Assembly: GCA_963823665.1 (NCBI GenBank)
Contig: CAWGMQ010000006.1
Location: 1,632,001 to 1,696,000, forward strand
Reading direction: 5' to 3'
Length of the DNA stretch: 64,000 nt
Source: an uncultured Planctomycetota bacterium
Lineage (GTDB): Bacteria > Planctomycetota > Planctomycetia > Isosphaerales > Isosphaeraceae
The notes under the pieces are model-generated. The model saw nothing but the letters and a program-made list of their open reading frames with translations, did no database searches and was not told the origin of the DNA. Both the position numbers and the translations under genes were made by a program. Below are positions 1 to 11,935 of the stretch, one piece after another; the stretch's first letter is position 1; each line of letters starts with the position of its first letter.

Positions 1-498
1 AAGATCAATGAGTTCAAGAAAACTCTCAAAGACCCGGCGAAGCCTCTTGAACAGCGGCGGCTGGCGCTCCGATTCCTCGTTCATTTGATTGAAGACCTCC
101 ACATGCCCCTCCACGTCGGCGACAACCACGACAAGGGCGGGAACAAGACCCAGGTGCGGTTCTTCGATGACGGTACGAATATGCATCGACTCTGGGACGG
201 TGGGATGATCCAGCGAGTTGGTGACAGCGAAGATTTCTGGGTCGCCGATCTCGGCGAGCTCGATACTCCGAATAAACGCGCCGAAGCCGTGAAGGGAACC
301 GTCGAAGACTGGGCCACCGAAAGCCTGTTGCTCGCCAGAGCCGCCTACCAGGTCCCCGAAACCGGCAAACGGCTCAAAGCCGGTCAGAAACTCGGCGATT
401 CCTATTTGAACATACACCTGCCAGTGGTGCGAAAACGGCTCTACCAGGCATCAATCCGCCTCGCCCTGACGCTCAACGAGGTCTTTCCAGACGAGTGA
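1..498 (+). CDS. S1/P1 nuclease family protein (5' end outside the window)
   Basis: Frame is open from base 1. Motifs ALRFLVHLIEDLHMPLHVG, D.GGN, NMHRLWD and DWATES are typical of S1/P1 nucleases. Confidence 0.9.
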   Translation, partial: KINEFKKTLKDPAKPLEQRRLALRFLVHLIEDLHMPLHVGDNHDKGGNKTQVRFFDDGTNMHRLWDGGMIQRVGDSEDFWVADLGELDTPNKRAEAVKGTVEDWATESLLLARAAYQVPETGKRLKAGQKLGDSYLNIHLPVVRKRLYQASIRLALTLNEVFPDE

Positions 499-502
499 TT
501 GA

Positions 503-584
503 GTAGGTCAGGCTTCAGCCTGACGCATTGAGTACGTCGGGCTGTCAATCCCACCCATCGAGTATGTCAGGCTTGCATCCTGAC
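503..584. repeat. GTAG-type REP-like palindrome plus a degenerate copy
   Basis: GTAG-GTCAGGCT-TC-AGCCTGAC at 503-524 and a degenerate GTAT-GTCAGG-N7-CCTGAC at 562-584. A near-identical copy is at 30951-30972. Confidence 0.7.
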
Positions 585-1891
585 GCATCGACCTCTTTCC
601 CCGGCGGACGGACAAAGAACCAGATCGCCCCACCCGCGAACACGATGATTCCGGCCAGGCCCAGCGCGATGCGCCACCCGGCATCCGCGCCCGATTGCCG
701 GGCGATCACGTCGCTCAGAAACGGTGTAAGATAGGGTGAGATCGCGCCCCCGGCATTCCCTCCCGTGTTCATCAAGCCCGCAGCCGAGCCGCCGAATGGG
801 CCGCCCAGCTCGACCGCCGTGGTCCAGAACGCCGCCTCACAAAGTCCCAGAAGCGCGGCTGATAGCACGAACGCCACAATCGTCGCCTGTGGATTGGATG
901 CCAGCAGCCCCAGCTCGAACACCGCCCCGCTCGCCAGCATGCCCACCATCGGCACAATCGCCCGCCTGGCCCACGGTGAAAAGCGAGCGGGCACCCGGCT
1001 CATCAGCCAGCCGCCGCAGAGCATCCCCGCGCCCATCGCCAGCGTGATCGCCGTCGTGTAGCCGCGGGCGACCACGCGGTCCTGGTGTTGCACCTTCTCG
1101 AAATAATAAGAAATCCAGTAAAAGAACAAATATTGAAAATAACCATACGCCGCATAGCTCGCCGTGATGCCGATCACGCTTCGCTGGCGAAGGACGCGCC
1201 AGAGCGCTTCCAGATCGATCGACACCGCCGGCTGGTCTGTCTTTTCATGGTGCGCCGTTCCGGTTGCTCTCGTTCCTTCTGTCCAGACGAGGGCAACGAC
1301 CAGGCTAAGCGCACTTGAAATCAGAAGCGCGACCTGCCAGTCGAACCGATCGATCAGCGCTCCGAGCACAAGCTGCGTCGCGGCGATCCCCAGGCAAGCC
1401 GAGAAGTTGATCCAGCCCAGCGCCTTTGGCCTCGCCTCCGGCGGCAGCTCATCGGCCACCATCCGTGCCGACCCTGGGTGCAGCGGCGCGTAGACCAGCC
1501 CCAGTAGCGACCTCACCACCAGCAATCCCATGATCAGAGTCGTTGCCTCGTAAAACACCAGGCCGACACAGCCGGTCAAAGCGACGAACACCGTTGCAGA
1601 GAAGCCCAGGAGCACAAGCGCCCGCCGAGCACCGAATCGGTCGATGAACCAACCGCCGGGGAACATCGCCAGCGTGTAAAAAACGAGGAACGCGGAATAA
1701 ACCATCCCCATCTTTTCGGGAGAGATTCCGTAGGCCGGAATGATCCGCTCGGTCCCGGCAACGGAAATCCCCACGCGATTGAAGTGCCCGCACGCGACCA
1801 CGCACATGAGAAGCAGCACCGTCCGCCGCGTCGGTGGCGATGTCGATTTCGAGGGCGAGCTGCGCACGATCTTCCTTCCTGAGTTGAGCAC
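545..1891 (-). CDS. MFS transporter (ACS-like)
   Basis: About 12 hydrophobic segments, MFS motif GWFIDRFGARR, and C-terminal GSAAGLMNTGGN. Confidence 0.9.
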   Translation of the reverse strand: MLNSGRKIVRSSPSKSTSPPTRRTVLLLMCVVACGHFNRVGISVAGTERIIPAYGISPEKMGMVYSAFLVFYTLAMFPGGWFIDRFGARRALVLLGFSATVFVALTGCVGLVFYEATTLIMGLLVVRSLLGLVYAPLHPGSARMVADELPPEARPKALGWINFSACLGIAATQLVLGALIDRFDWQVALLISSALSLVVALVWTEGTRATGTAHHEKTDQPAVSIDLEALWRVLRQRSVIGITASYAAYGYFQYLFFYWISYYFEKVQHQDRVVARGYTTAITLAMGAGMLCGGWLMSRVPARFSPWARRAIVPMVGMLASGAVFELGLLASNPQATIVAFVLSAALLGLCEAAFWTTAVELGGPFGGSAAGLMNTGGNAGGAISPYLTPFLSDVIARQSGADAGWRIALGLAGIIVFAGGAIWFFVRPPGKEVDASGCKPDILDGWD

Positions 1892-1901
1892 TTGAAATGA
1901 G

Positions 1902-4360
1902 TCAAGGCCGCGGCACGCCGAAATGGGCCAGCACGTTCTTCAGCAGGCCGCCCCATTTCGGATCAGCGTCGAGTGTCATTCCCGAATTGATCGATCCACT
2001 GTGAAACACCCGCCCGCCGCCGGGCCGCTCCCAGTAGATCATCTCGGCGGCGACTGGAATAGCCGGCGCCTTCGCGGCCGGCACACTTCGCTGGAAATAA
2101 TCCCAAGGCGCGCCGATCGCAACCTTCTTCCAATCGGCGAACCCTTCAGCCAGCAGCGTCATTCCAGGCGGATCGCTCACCGGCTGAGCCATCCCTTCCG
2201 GCGGCGGCTCGACCTGAAACCTGGCCAGCGTCGAGACCCGCACGTCGCCCTCGTGGCCGATCGGCTGCGGAAGCGGCCGCCCGGGTGCCTGACCCAATCG
2301 GTCGCCATCTCGAAGCTGAAGATCAACCGGTTCTCGAAGCAGAAAATGATCCGCATTTCGCACCAGGTACGGCCCCACCCCTGCGGAGCCGACACCCACG
2401 AGCGAGAAATATTCAAGCCCGAACAGTCGCCACGCCGGGAACCCGCACTCTCGCGACATACCTCCCCGTCCCCCGTCGTGGCTGTGCCACATCTCGCCCC
2501 GGCGATCACTGCGCACCTGCGTGCCGGGCGCATCGCCCTTGCGACACTCCATGATCGTGGCATCGGAGTTGAAACTTACTCGCCAGAACGCCGTGTTCCC
2601 CGAAAGAACCACCGCGTTACCGCCCCGATCGAGAAAGCGGCTCACCGCATTCATCGCGTCGAACGACCAGTACTCGCTGTGCCCGACGACGAACAGCACC
2701 TTGTAGCCCTCCAGCACGCCTGCGTCCATGTGCACGTCGGTGTCGCTCAATACGTCATAAGAGTATCCGGATTTCTCGAGCCAGGTTTGCGTGAACCGAT
2801 CCTGGCGGCAGAGATGGCTGTAATCCCACTCCTCCGGGCCCATCAATGTGTATGGACCCACAACCGGCCAGGGCATCCGGCTGCCCACGAAATAAGTCCC
2901 CTGCCCCGCCCGATGCGGGCGGTACAAGCAGAACGCCGGCGGATCTCCCGGCGCTGTTCGCGAAGCCGTTATTGCCGATCGACTTCTTCAGCCCGCTCCA
3001 GCTCGCCGAGAACGGCGTTGCGGCGTAGGCTCGCCAGGTGTTCGTCGAACAAAGAAACGCAATCGGTGCCTTCGAGGGTGAAATCCCCTTCTTGACGATG
3101 AACACACTGTGATAAAGCCGCTCCTCCCCACCGTGCGAAAACCGGATTCGCGCCGCGTAAATGCCGGATCGTGCCTGCTCGCTCAGGCGAATTTCGTGCG
3201 TGGCCGGCCACCGGCAGTCGAATACATCGTCCGACGCCAGCCGCAGCCCGTGTCCCCGCGCGGTCCTTGGCGGGGTCATAAGCCGCCGCTCGCGGCACGT
3301 CGCACTCGAAGCTCGGGCCGCCGATCATCCATGTTCCATGATCGATGATTCTCGCGTCGCGCCGGTGCCGCGAGGCGTCCGCAGCCCGATCGCCTCGCTC
3401 CTCATCAAGCGGCCAGGAACCGAGTAACGCCGCGTCAACGGGCCGCGAGAGCGCCTGCGAGCGATATCTCGCCCCAATCTCGTCCGCCGATAGCGCTTTG
3501 CCGTAAACCGCCGGCATGGCAATATCGGCATCAAGCAAGTAATCGGCGAGCCCGTCTTTGCCCGAGGCACCGATGCGCAGCGGTGCATCACCGGGACGGA
3601 TCGGCCCCGGCGTCACCCAGGTTGCTACGTTCACTCCGTCGATCCAGAGGTATTTTCTCTTGCGATCGGCGCATGCGACCACATGATGCCACCGGTTTTG
3701 AAGCACCGAGCTCGGCGTGTTGTCCGCCTGGATCTTGAGACCCAGCGGGTTGATCTGCATCGTGATCTGCCCTGGTCCGGTCGTGTGCAGATTCTCTTGC
3801 TGAAACCCTTGGCCGCTCCCGGTATAAAAGCCGATCGACCCGTCTTCGCCGACGAACAATCCGAAGCCGCCCGGTCCTCGTTCGTCGAGCTGGCCCATGA
3901 GCGCCTGGCGGCCCACGGTACGCCAGCGTCTGACCCAGACCTCCAGCGTCAAGCCCTCAAGCTCGATCCCGGGGTCGATCCGATCCTCAACATGCAGGTA
4001 TGAGCCCGGATGAATCGGTCGCTGGCTCGGTGCAGATCGGCCGAACGAGTGCACCGTCTCGTCGCGAGAAGTGCTGTTCGGGTCGCTTCCCAGCCGGCAA
4101 ATGGCTAGCTCATACGGATAAGAGCTGCTCACATGAACGCGAACGGCCTCACCCGCGGCCACGCTCACCTGGCTCGTGTAGGCATGAACGCCCTCGACCA
4201 TGACCGGCCGATGCGGCGGCAACACCCCGGGATCAACCTGGCCCCCTGGGCCGCCGGCGAGATTGCATTCGCCTGACCGCGAGGCACCGGAACCTGGGCC
4301 CGCCGCCGCCAGCACGCCGCCGGCGGCCGCAAGGAACTCTCTCCGAGTTGGATCGATCAC
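1902..4360 (-). CDS. N,N-dimethylformamidase beta-subunit-like protein with LamG domain and Tat signal (two frameshifts)
   Basis: GTG start after GGAGG and Tat motif TRREFL. LamG segment (LTLEVWV...WHHVV), then STNTWRAY, GHSEYWS and LSGNT spread over ORFs 2969-4444, 2755-3279 and 1902-2927. Confidence 0.75.
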
Positions 4361-4445
4361 GGGCGTCGCCTCCCGCTGCACGCAGCATCGTGGAAGTGGG
4401 CAATCAAGCCGAGACGAAGCGAACGGCGACTCGGGCACCAGCAAT

Positions 4446-5877
4446 TCACGCGAGGATTCCCTTCACGATTTCTCCGTGCACGTCCGTCAGCCGGAAGTCA
4501 CGGCCGGCATGACGGTAAGTCAGCCGCTTGTGGTCGAGCCCCAGAAGGTGAAGAATCGTGGCGTGAAGGTCGTGCACGTGCACCTTGTCTTCAACCGCGA
4601 AGTATCCATAGTCGTCGGTCTTGCCCCACCGAAGCCCTGATTTCACTCCGGCCGCCGGCAAGCCACATCGTGTATCCGTGCGGATTGTGATCGCGACCGT
4701 CGGATCCCTCGCACGTCGGTGTGCGGCCGAACTCGCCGCCCCACACAACCAGCGTATCATTCCACAGTCCACGCTGTTTCAGGTCGGTCAGCAACCCGGC
4801 AATCGGCTTATCGACCGCGCGTGCAAGCCCGCTGTGCGCGGCCTTCAGGTTCGAGTGCGAATCCCAGCCGCCCAGGTTGCATTGCACGAAACGCACGCCG
4901 CGCTCCGACAAGCCGTCGCGCCAGCAAACACTGCGTGCCGAAGTCGGCCGTCGCCTCGTCGTCGAGGCCGTAGAGGCGCTCGGTGGCGTTTGATTCGCCC
5001 GCGATATCGAGCATCTCCGGTGCCCGGGCTTGCATCCGGAAGGCCAGCTCGAACGAGGAGATCCTGGCATCCAGCTCGGAGTCCGGCTCTCGTTGCATTG
5101 CCTGGCGCCGATCCATCGCGGCGATCAAGTCCAGCTCGAGACGCTGCAATTCGGGTATCGCCGAGCCGTCTCCCGAGAAACGGGATCCGCGCATCCGCCG
5201 CACGCTCGCCCGCGTAGCCCAGAGTCGTCCCCTGGTACACGGCCGGCAAAAACGCCGACCCGAAGTTGTTGGCTCCTCCCTGGGAAAGGTCCTGGCAGAT
5301 CGTGACGTACCCGGGAAAATCCTGGTTTTCACTCCCTAGCCCATACGTGACCCACGACCCGAAGCTCGGCCGGATGAACGTATCGCTGCCGGTGTGCCAC
5401 TCCAGCACGGCGCCACCATGCCGCGAATTGGAGCAGTGCATTGAGTTGATGACACACAGGTCGTCGGCGCGCTGCGCCAGGTGCGGAAACAACGAGCTGA
5501 TCGCAAGCCCGCTCTCGCCGTGCTGCCCGAACTCGAAAGCCGAGCCCACGAGGTTTCCCATCCGGTTCGGAAACGAGACCACTCGCGGCCGTTTTTCTTG
5601 TGGCAGTGGCCGCCCGCTGTCGCGCAGGAGCAGAGGCTTCGGGTCAAATGTATCCAGATGTGACGGTCCGCCGAACATGAAGAGCATGATCACGCGCTTC
5701 GCCCGCGGCGGAAAGTGAGGCGGCCGCGGCTCGAGCGGGTTCCCCGCCGCAGCCGATTCCTCGGCAAGGAGCGCCGTCGAGCGCCATTCCGCCAAACCCT
5801 GCCCCCATCCGCGCGAGCGCCTGCCTTCGCGAGAGTGACGGTGCGGCCCGGTCGCGGTAGAAGTGTTGCTGCGTCAT
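4446..5877 (-). CDS. DUF1501 domain-containing protein (several frameshifts)
   Basis: Tat-like [57 protein letters not shown] and GRDFRLTDV across successive frames. Confidence 0.9.
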
Positions 5878-5908
5878 GAAAAGCTCCCGTCATTCGCTCC
5901 CGGCACGC

Positions 5909-8340
5909 TCACTCCACGTACACGAACTCGTTGGAAGACAAGAGCGCGCGGCAGAGCCCCTGCCAGGCGCGGCAGCGAACGATCGCCGGATCTTGCCCGG
6001 AGAACGCCGCAGCAGATTGATATCGATCGAGAAACGCACCCCATGAGTCGATTTCCTCAGCCGTGGCCTCGCGCCCGAGCACGCACCGGCACGCGCGCGC
6101 CATCCGCGCCTTGGCATCGCCCCGGCCATCGCCCAGCAAGCTCGCCGCCAGGTTTGCCGACGCTCGCTCCATGATGCTGCTGTTCATCATGAACAGCGCC
6201 TGTGCGGCAACCGTCGTCACCGCGCGATCGCCGCTCGAGGACGCAGGATCGGGAAAATCGAACGTGCGATACACTTCGTAAACGGCTCCCCTGAGCACGG
6301 GAAGATAGATGCTTCGCCGCGTTGATTCATAAAGTGCCGGGCTGCGCGACACTCCACCCGCTGAGAGGTCCTGAAACGGAGTCGTCTTGAGCGGCGTGCC
6401 CCCCATCTTCCGGTCGAGCTGTCCCGTCACGAAAAGGATCGAGTCGCGCAACTCTTCGGCGTCCAGCCTTCGCCGCGGCATTCGCCACAGGTAAGCACCC
6501 TCAGGATCAACGCTCGCTGCATGTTCGTTCCATCGCGTGCTCATCTGATAGGTTTTCGATAGCATGACCTCCCTGTGCAGCCGTTTGAGCGACCAGCCCT
6601 GCTCGAGGAGCCGGCTCGCCAGCCAGTCAAGCAGCTCGGGATGAGCAGGCGGCTGGCCCAGCCGGCCGAAGTTGTCGACCGAGGCGACCAGTCCCCGGCC
6701 GAAATGCCATCGCCAGACGCGGTTGACGATCACACGCGACAGCAGCGGATGATCCGGCGCCGTCAGCCAGCGCGCCAGCTCCAGCCGGCCGCTGTGCGCG
6801 CGATCGATTGCCGGCTGCTCCCGCTCGGGAGAGAATCGCCGGAAAACGTCGTGGAACGAGCCGGCCCGCGCGTGAGATGGTTGCCGCGCAGGAAGATCTC
6901 CAGGTCGCCCGGCGTTCCCTCGACAACCGCCATCGCCTTGGGAATCGACGCGTACTCCCGCTTCGCCTCCTCGAGCAGCTTGGTGTGGGCCTCGCGAGCG
7001 TTGGCACCCATCCGGGCGGGGTTGCCGTTGACGAGCAGATTGTCGTGCCGGTCGATGATCTGCTCGAGATCGTCCAGTCGCAGCGCGGCTTCGCTCGTGC
7101 CCAGCCCGGTGACGTTCCACTTGGAATCGACACGATGCGAGAGCATCGTCCGCGTGCTCTTGAAGATCCCCGCCAGGCCGTAGTAGTCGCTCATGTCGAG
7201 CGGGTCGAACTTGTGATCGTGGCAGCGAGCGCAGCCCATCGGAAATCGCCATGAACACCCGGCATGCCGTGTCGAGCTGCTCGTCGACGATGTCCATCTG
7301 CTGCTTGACCGGATCATCCTCTGCGAGCATCTTGGGCCCGATCGCCAGGAAACCGGTCGCGATCACCAGCTCGTCGCGCCGCACCGGCTCGCCCTCGGCG
7401 AGCAGGTCGCCCGCGATCTGCTCGCTCACGAAGCGGTCATACGGCTTTGTCGGCATTGAACGACGACGATCACGTAATCGCGAAACCGCCACGCGTCCGA
7501 GTACGCGAGGTTGTCGTCCATGCCGTTGCTGTCGGCGTATCGAACGAGGTCGAGCCAGTGCCGCCCCCACCGCTCGCCGTAATGAGGCGACGCCAGCAGC
7601 CGATCGACAACAAGCACGAATGCCATCGGGCTCGAGTCCGCCAGGAAGGCCTCCATTTCCTCCGCGGAGGGCGGCAGACCGGTCAGATCAAATGTCGCTC
7701 TGCGCAACAGCGCCCGCTTCGACGCGGGCTCGTTCGGCGCGAGTCCCTTCTCTCGCAGCCTCGCCGCGATAAAGCAATCGATCGGCGAGAGGGGCGATCG
7801 CGAGCCGGCAACCGCCGGAGGCAAAACGTGTCGGCGCGGCCGGAACGCCCAGTGGTTGGCGACATGTTCATCCCATCGCGCTTGGCTCACGGCTTGGGCC
7901 GGCCCAATCCTCCCCTGCACCGCCGCCGGCCAGGGCGCGCCCATCTTGACCCACGCCGCAAGGGTATCGATCTCCATCTGCGACAGTTTCTTCTTGGGCG
8001 GCATCGCCACATCACCTTCGTGGCGAACTGCGAGCATCAACATGCTCCGTTCGGGCTCACCCCGAACCAGAGCCGGCCCTGACCAACCTCCCTTGAGCAG
8101 GCCGTCGAGCGAGTCCAGGCGAAGCTCTGCCTTGCCGCCGCCGGATGCCGGACCGTGGCATTCGTAGCAATGAAGGGCCAGAATCGGCCGGACCTTGTCC
8201 TCGAAGAATTTGAACCCAGCATCGTCCTCACGCGGCGCTGCCATCCCCATGACCGAGCATCCGGCAACCAGCCATGTCATGGCCGTTACCGGAATACCGA
8301 GCCACTTCCAGCGCGAAGCACAACGCCCTTCCTTTCGCAC
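5909..8340 (-). CDS. Planctomycete cytochrome c / DUF1549 / DUF1553 protein (frameshifted)
   Basis: [16 protein letters not shown] heme motif, [51 protein letters not shown] and [10 protein letters not shown]. Confidence 0.9.
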
Positions 8341-8478
8341 GCGATCTTCTCCCCAGTTGCCAATCAATCGATTCGGCCTCGCAGGCCCGCCCACCCAACC
8401 GAACGCCCATTCGTTCCGGCAGGTTTAACATTGATTGTACATCGAGCAACGCCGGCAGTCCGCCCTGCCCTGAACACA

Positions 8479-8586
8479 GTGGCATTTCTCACCGCGAAAG
8501 TGCGATGGTGAATCCGATTGTCGCCTTTCGCTCAGCGAATGTGCGGCCCCGAATTAGATTGTCGCCTTTCGCTCCGCGAAAGGATT
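8479..8586. repeat. Three palindromic ~26-bp repeats with 41-nt period
   Basis: GTCGCCTTTCGCTCCGCGAAAG-like copies start at 8479, 8520 and 8561, each with an internal TTTCGC..GCGAAA-type hairpin. Confidence 0.7.
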
Positions 8587-8613
8587 TCTTGAATTCGCGC
8601 AGAACGACAATCC

Positions 8614-9342
8614 TCACCAATCCGGAGCCGCGTGCGTCCCGAAGGCGACCGGCTGCAGGATAATCGTCGTCGGTTGAAGCGGCCCGATCGCGGAAAAGGC
8701 CGGTATGGTCACTGTCTGGGACGTGCCCGCGGCCGCCGCGCTGGTCGCGACCTTCAGAACCTCAGGATCGGCAGACTTCTTGGCGGTCGCGTTGTTCTTT
8801 GCCATCAATTCGGCTTTCTTCGAGAGCGCTTCGGCGTTCTCGCGTCGCACCATCTCATTGGGATCGATGTAGAACCGCGGGTTGAGCGATGTCATGGCAG
8901 TGAACTCGCCGGACGGGACGCCCCGCGCGGTGGGTGACTTCCGTTTGTAAATGATCCGGCATTCCCGGACCATGATCTTGTCCTTCTGTTCGAAGGACGT
9001 GGTCTGGTCAAGCTTGCCGAGCTTGATCATCTGGTTGAGCGCGGTGACATTCGGCTCGGTTTCGAACTGTGTCTTGCGGCCGACATCCAGCGTTCTCTCG
9101 CCTTCATTGACTTCCTCGGCACGCACGATTTCATACCCGTCGGGGAAGTGCCGGGCCATGAGCGCTTCAGCTTCATCGCGGAAGCTCGCTTTGCCCAGGT
9201 ACGTGTTCATCGGAATGGCGACCACGCCGAATTCGTGGTCCTGATAGACGTAGCGCGCAACGAGTGGCCTCATGCAGCCCGGGATGAGAAGCACGAAAAC
9301 ACCCAGACCGATCGCCGGTAACAGGAGCTTGGAGCACCTCAT
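8614..9342 (-). CDS. Hypothetical lipoprotein
   Basis: 242-aa ORF, GGAGG-like RBS, signal peptide ending LLIPGC. Confidence 0.7.
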   Translation of the reverse strand: MRCSKLLLPAIGLGVFVLLIPGCMRPLVARYVYQDHEFGVVAIPMNTYLGKASFRDEAEALMARHFPDGYEIVRAEEVNEGERTLDVGRKTQFETEPNVTALNQMIKLGKLDQTTSFEQKDKIMVRECRIIYKRKSPTARGVPSGEFTAMTSLNPRFYIDPNEMVRRENAEALSKKAELMAKNNATAKKSADPEVLKVATSAAAAGTSQTVTIPAFSAIGPLQPTTIILQPVAFGTHAAPDW

Positions 9343-9665
9343 TTCAAGCCCCTCCCCCGCTCAATCGAGGTTTCGGGCCGCCCGGAGACGATTGCAAACA
9401 TGCGCAGAGATGGTAGGGCGCGAAAAACCAAGAAATGCAGTTGGCCGAGTGCATTCTATGCAGTGGCCCGATTCGGTCAAGTTCATTGAAAGGATTAAGG
9501 GAACGCAGCCAGTCGGCCCGCCACTCACGCCTCCAGCCTCACACCGAGGCCCCGCTCCAACGAGACCCCCCGCACGTCCCTTTCCCCCCCCCGTCGCAAA
9601 GGGGGGGCCAGGGGAAGTGAAGGGCGTCACCCGCCAGTGATCCGTTCGCCGCGCAAGATCCCACA

Positions 9666-11882
9666 TCAAGGCCCCCGCACATCGTGCGGCGGCACGGCTT
9701 CCCCCGCTGGCGACGAAGTCGTCCCAGGATTCGCTACGCCCCCATTCAACCTCGCCAAACGCTCCCGCTCCCGCGCCTCCTTCTCCGCACGTGCACGAAT
9801 CCACTCCCTCCGCCTGATTTCCTTCCACGCGTCCCGTCTCTCGTTATCCGTCAATGCCCGTCGAACCGGCTGAGTCGACCCACCAGATGCGCCCGCCTCC
9901 GCACCGCCCGCCGGAATTGGCTTCGTTTGCAAATTTGGCTTCGTTTGACAACCTTCAAGTCCCGAATCACCACCGGAATTCGTCGGAACACCAATAATCT
10001 CTTGAGGTTGTGCTATGCACACGTCATCACGCAAATTGGCTTCGTTCGGCGCTTTTTCACCGGTTTGACCCTCGTCGCCGCCCGCGGCACGCCCATCCTC
10101 CCGCGCCCGATCAACCGCTTCCGCCAGCCCCTCCTGCGTGACTTCACTCACACTTCCCGCATTCAGATCCATGTCGACTCGCTTGGCGTCCTCAGATTCG
10201 GAACCCAAGGTTTCAAGACTCGGCACTTCGTCCTCAAGCGCAGCCGGAGCCTCGTCCTCGAGCGCACCCGGAGCCTCGTCCTCAAGCGCAGCCGGAGCCT
10301 CGTCCTCGAGCGCAGCCGGAGCCTCGTCCTCAAGCGCACCCGGAGCCTCGTCCTCACGGCGAACGTACTTCTCCGGAAGATACCCCCCACACGCCAGAAC
10401 GTCCGATTCCTCCACCACGACCGAATCCCACCCGCGGCCCCTCCCATTCGGCGTAGCAGGCACACTCCGTGTGCCGTCCGCCCCGGCCTCATGGCCAATT
10501 TCAACGGCCGCGTTTGAACCACCATCCGCAACTGGCCCGCCGCGCCCACAATCACCCAGAGGTAGGTCCCCGTCCCCCAGACCCCGCCCCGAGCCCGCGT
10601 CTTGGGCGGGGGTCTCGAGACCCCGCCCTCCGTCCGACCGTAGGTCTCCTGTCCCCCCATCCCCATGTTGGCCGCCACTCTCCTGACCCCGCCCTCCGCT
10701 CTCCGTCCTCCGTCCCCCGTCCTCCGCCCTCCGTCCTGCCTCCCGCCCGTCTCCCCTCTTTCGACCGCCACCCGCGTTCTCTCTCCACCAAGCCGCCGAC
10801 TGCCCATCATACGGGCTAACATCTTTCCCAGGCACCGGCGGCAACGTCTCCGCATGGTTATCCGCCTTCCGCGCCCGTACCTCCTGCCGAATTACCTTGC
10901 CCCCTCGCTCCACCGACCCCTTGGCGCGCACGAACCATCGCCGCATCGCCTCAGCTTCCTTGGTATAAACAAATCCCTTGCGTCGCCTCGTCCGCGCAGG
11001 TTCATCCTTGATATGGGTGTCATGTTCCGCCGCAATGGCCCACACCCGCTCGATCTCGCCCTCCACCAGCTCGATCAGGCTCTGCCTGGCCTTCTCCTTT
11101 TCACCTTTGTGCGAAAGGTCAGGCCACGCCGCCGCGATTTCCTTCACATGGGCCTCGAGCGCCAGCTCATTCATATCGCTGAGCAGATCGTCAAACGGTT
11201 TGTTCACCGGCCGAAGCGCGTGGCTTGCCGCGAAAACCTCAGCGACCCTCCGGTCCGCCACGCCGTCCACAGGATGCCGCCCCAGCAACCTGATCATCAT
11301 CAGCCGATCGCCGCTTGCCCAGAATCGCTTGCGCGCCCGCTCAAGCAGTTCCTCCAGAACCTCCAGGATCCAGTAGCACCCCATCGCGCTCGATTCCAGT
11401 TTCCCCATGAGCTCTTGGGGCTTGATCCCCGGCGCAGTTTCGCTACCCCATGACGGCCCCCCCGGCTTCTTGTTGTTAAACCGACGGGTGCCATACAACG
11501 AAACCGGCACGCCTCGTGAATCGGTGAACAGCAAGTCGCCCGTCTCGCGCACCTCTTTGATCTCGTCGTCCTCGGCATTGTCGATCTGGCTTTGAGTGAG
11601 TTCCAGGTAGGCACCCCTCACCCGATCCATGTCGGACGCCAGGAACAGGTTGGCATTTAATAGAAACTCCTCGGGGTCACTCTCCACCCCATAATGCGCG
11701 GACCAGCGAAAGTATCGCGCTTCATACGCGATGCTTTCCTCCCGCGCGAGCTTCTCCCGCTCCGATCGGAAACCGTGTTTCCGACTGTTCCGAGCACTTC
11801 TAGCGCGTCCCCGCGGAGTCACAGGCCCGGTGGAGCGCAGGGCATTGCGCTGGTTCGCTGCGATTTGTGCTTCGGAGGCCAT
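9666..11882 (-). CDS. Large hypothetical protein, N-terminus 'QIAANxRNAxxSTGPxTxxG...N..KHG', low-complexity C-half
   Basis: Long ORF with ATG at 11882 after GGGAG. The N-terminal motif is one I recall from multicopy planctomycete/acidobacterial hypothetical proteins. Confidence 0.7.
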   Translation of the reverse strand: MASEAQIAANQRNALRSTGPVTPRGRARSARNSRKHGFRSEREKLAREESIAYEARYFRWSAHYGVESDPEEFLLNANLFLASDMDRVRGAYLELTQSQIDNAEDDEIKEVRETGDLLFTDSRGVPVSLYGTRRFNNKKPGGPSWGSETAPGIKPQELMGKLESSAMGCYWILEVLEELLERARKRFWASGDRLMMIRLLGRHPVDGVADRRVAEVFAASHALRPVNKPFDDLLSDMNELALEAHVKEIAAAWPDLSHKGEKEKARQSLIELVEGEIERVWAIAAEHDTHIKDEPARTRRRKGFVYTKEAEAMRRWFVRAKGSVERGGKVIRQEVRARKADNHAETLPPVPGKDVSPYDGQSAAWWRENAGGGRKRGDGREAGRRAEDGGRRTESGGRGQESGGQHGDGGTGDLRSDGGRGLETPAQDAGSGRGLGDGDLPLGDCGRGGPVADGGSNAAVEIGHEAGADGTRSVPATPNGRGRGWDSVVVEESDVLACGGYLPEKYVRREDEAPGALEDEAPAALEDEAPAALEDEAPGALEDEAPAALEDEVPSLETLGSESEDAKRVDMDLNAGSVSEVTQEGLAEAVDRAREDGRAAGGDEGQTGEKAPNEANLRDDVCIAQPQEIIGVPTNSGGDSGLEGCQTKPNLQTKPIPAGGAEAGASGGSTQPVRRALTDNERRDAWKEIRRREWIRARAEKEARERERLARLNGGVANPGTTSSPAGEAVPPHDVRGP
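10228..10356. repeat. 24-bp coding tandem repeat (5 units plus 9 nt; EDEAP[GA]AL)
   Basis: TCGTCCTC[AG]AGCGCA[GC]CCGGAGCC repeated from 10228. Confidence 0.95.
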
Positions 11883-11935
11883 ATCAGTGTAAACTCCCAT
11901 TTAAATAAGGTTCGTATCCCTCCCCCCTTGTGGAG

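Noticed and set aside
1902..8340. Programmed frameshifting or mass pseudogenisation in split genes (also AKR, porin, ECF 50175, tnpC)
   Set aside because: Single-base shifts are scattered through otherwise well-conserved genes with no nonsense decay, so long-read indel error is the simpler explanation. Read polishing would confirm this.
8479..8586. Mini-CRISPR (palindromic repeats with a 41-nt period)
   Set aside because: Only three degenerate copies with ~15-nt gaps, which fits a REP-like cluster.
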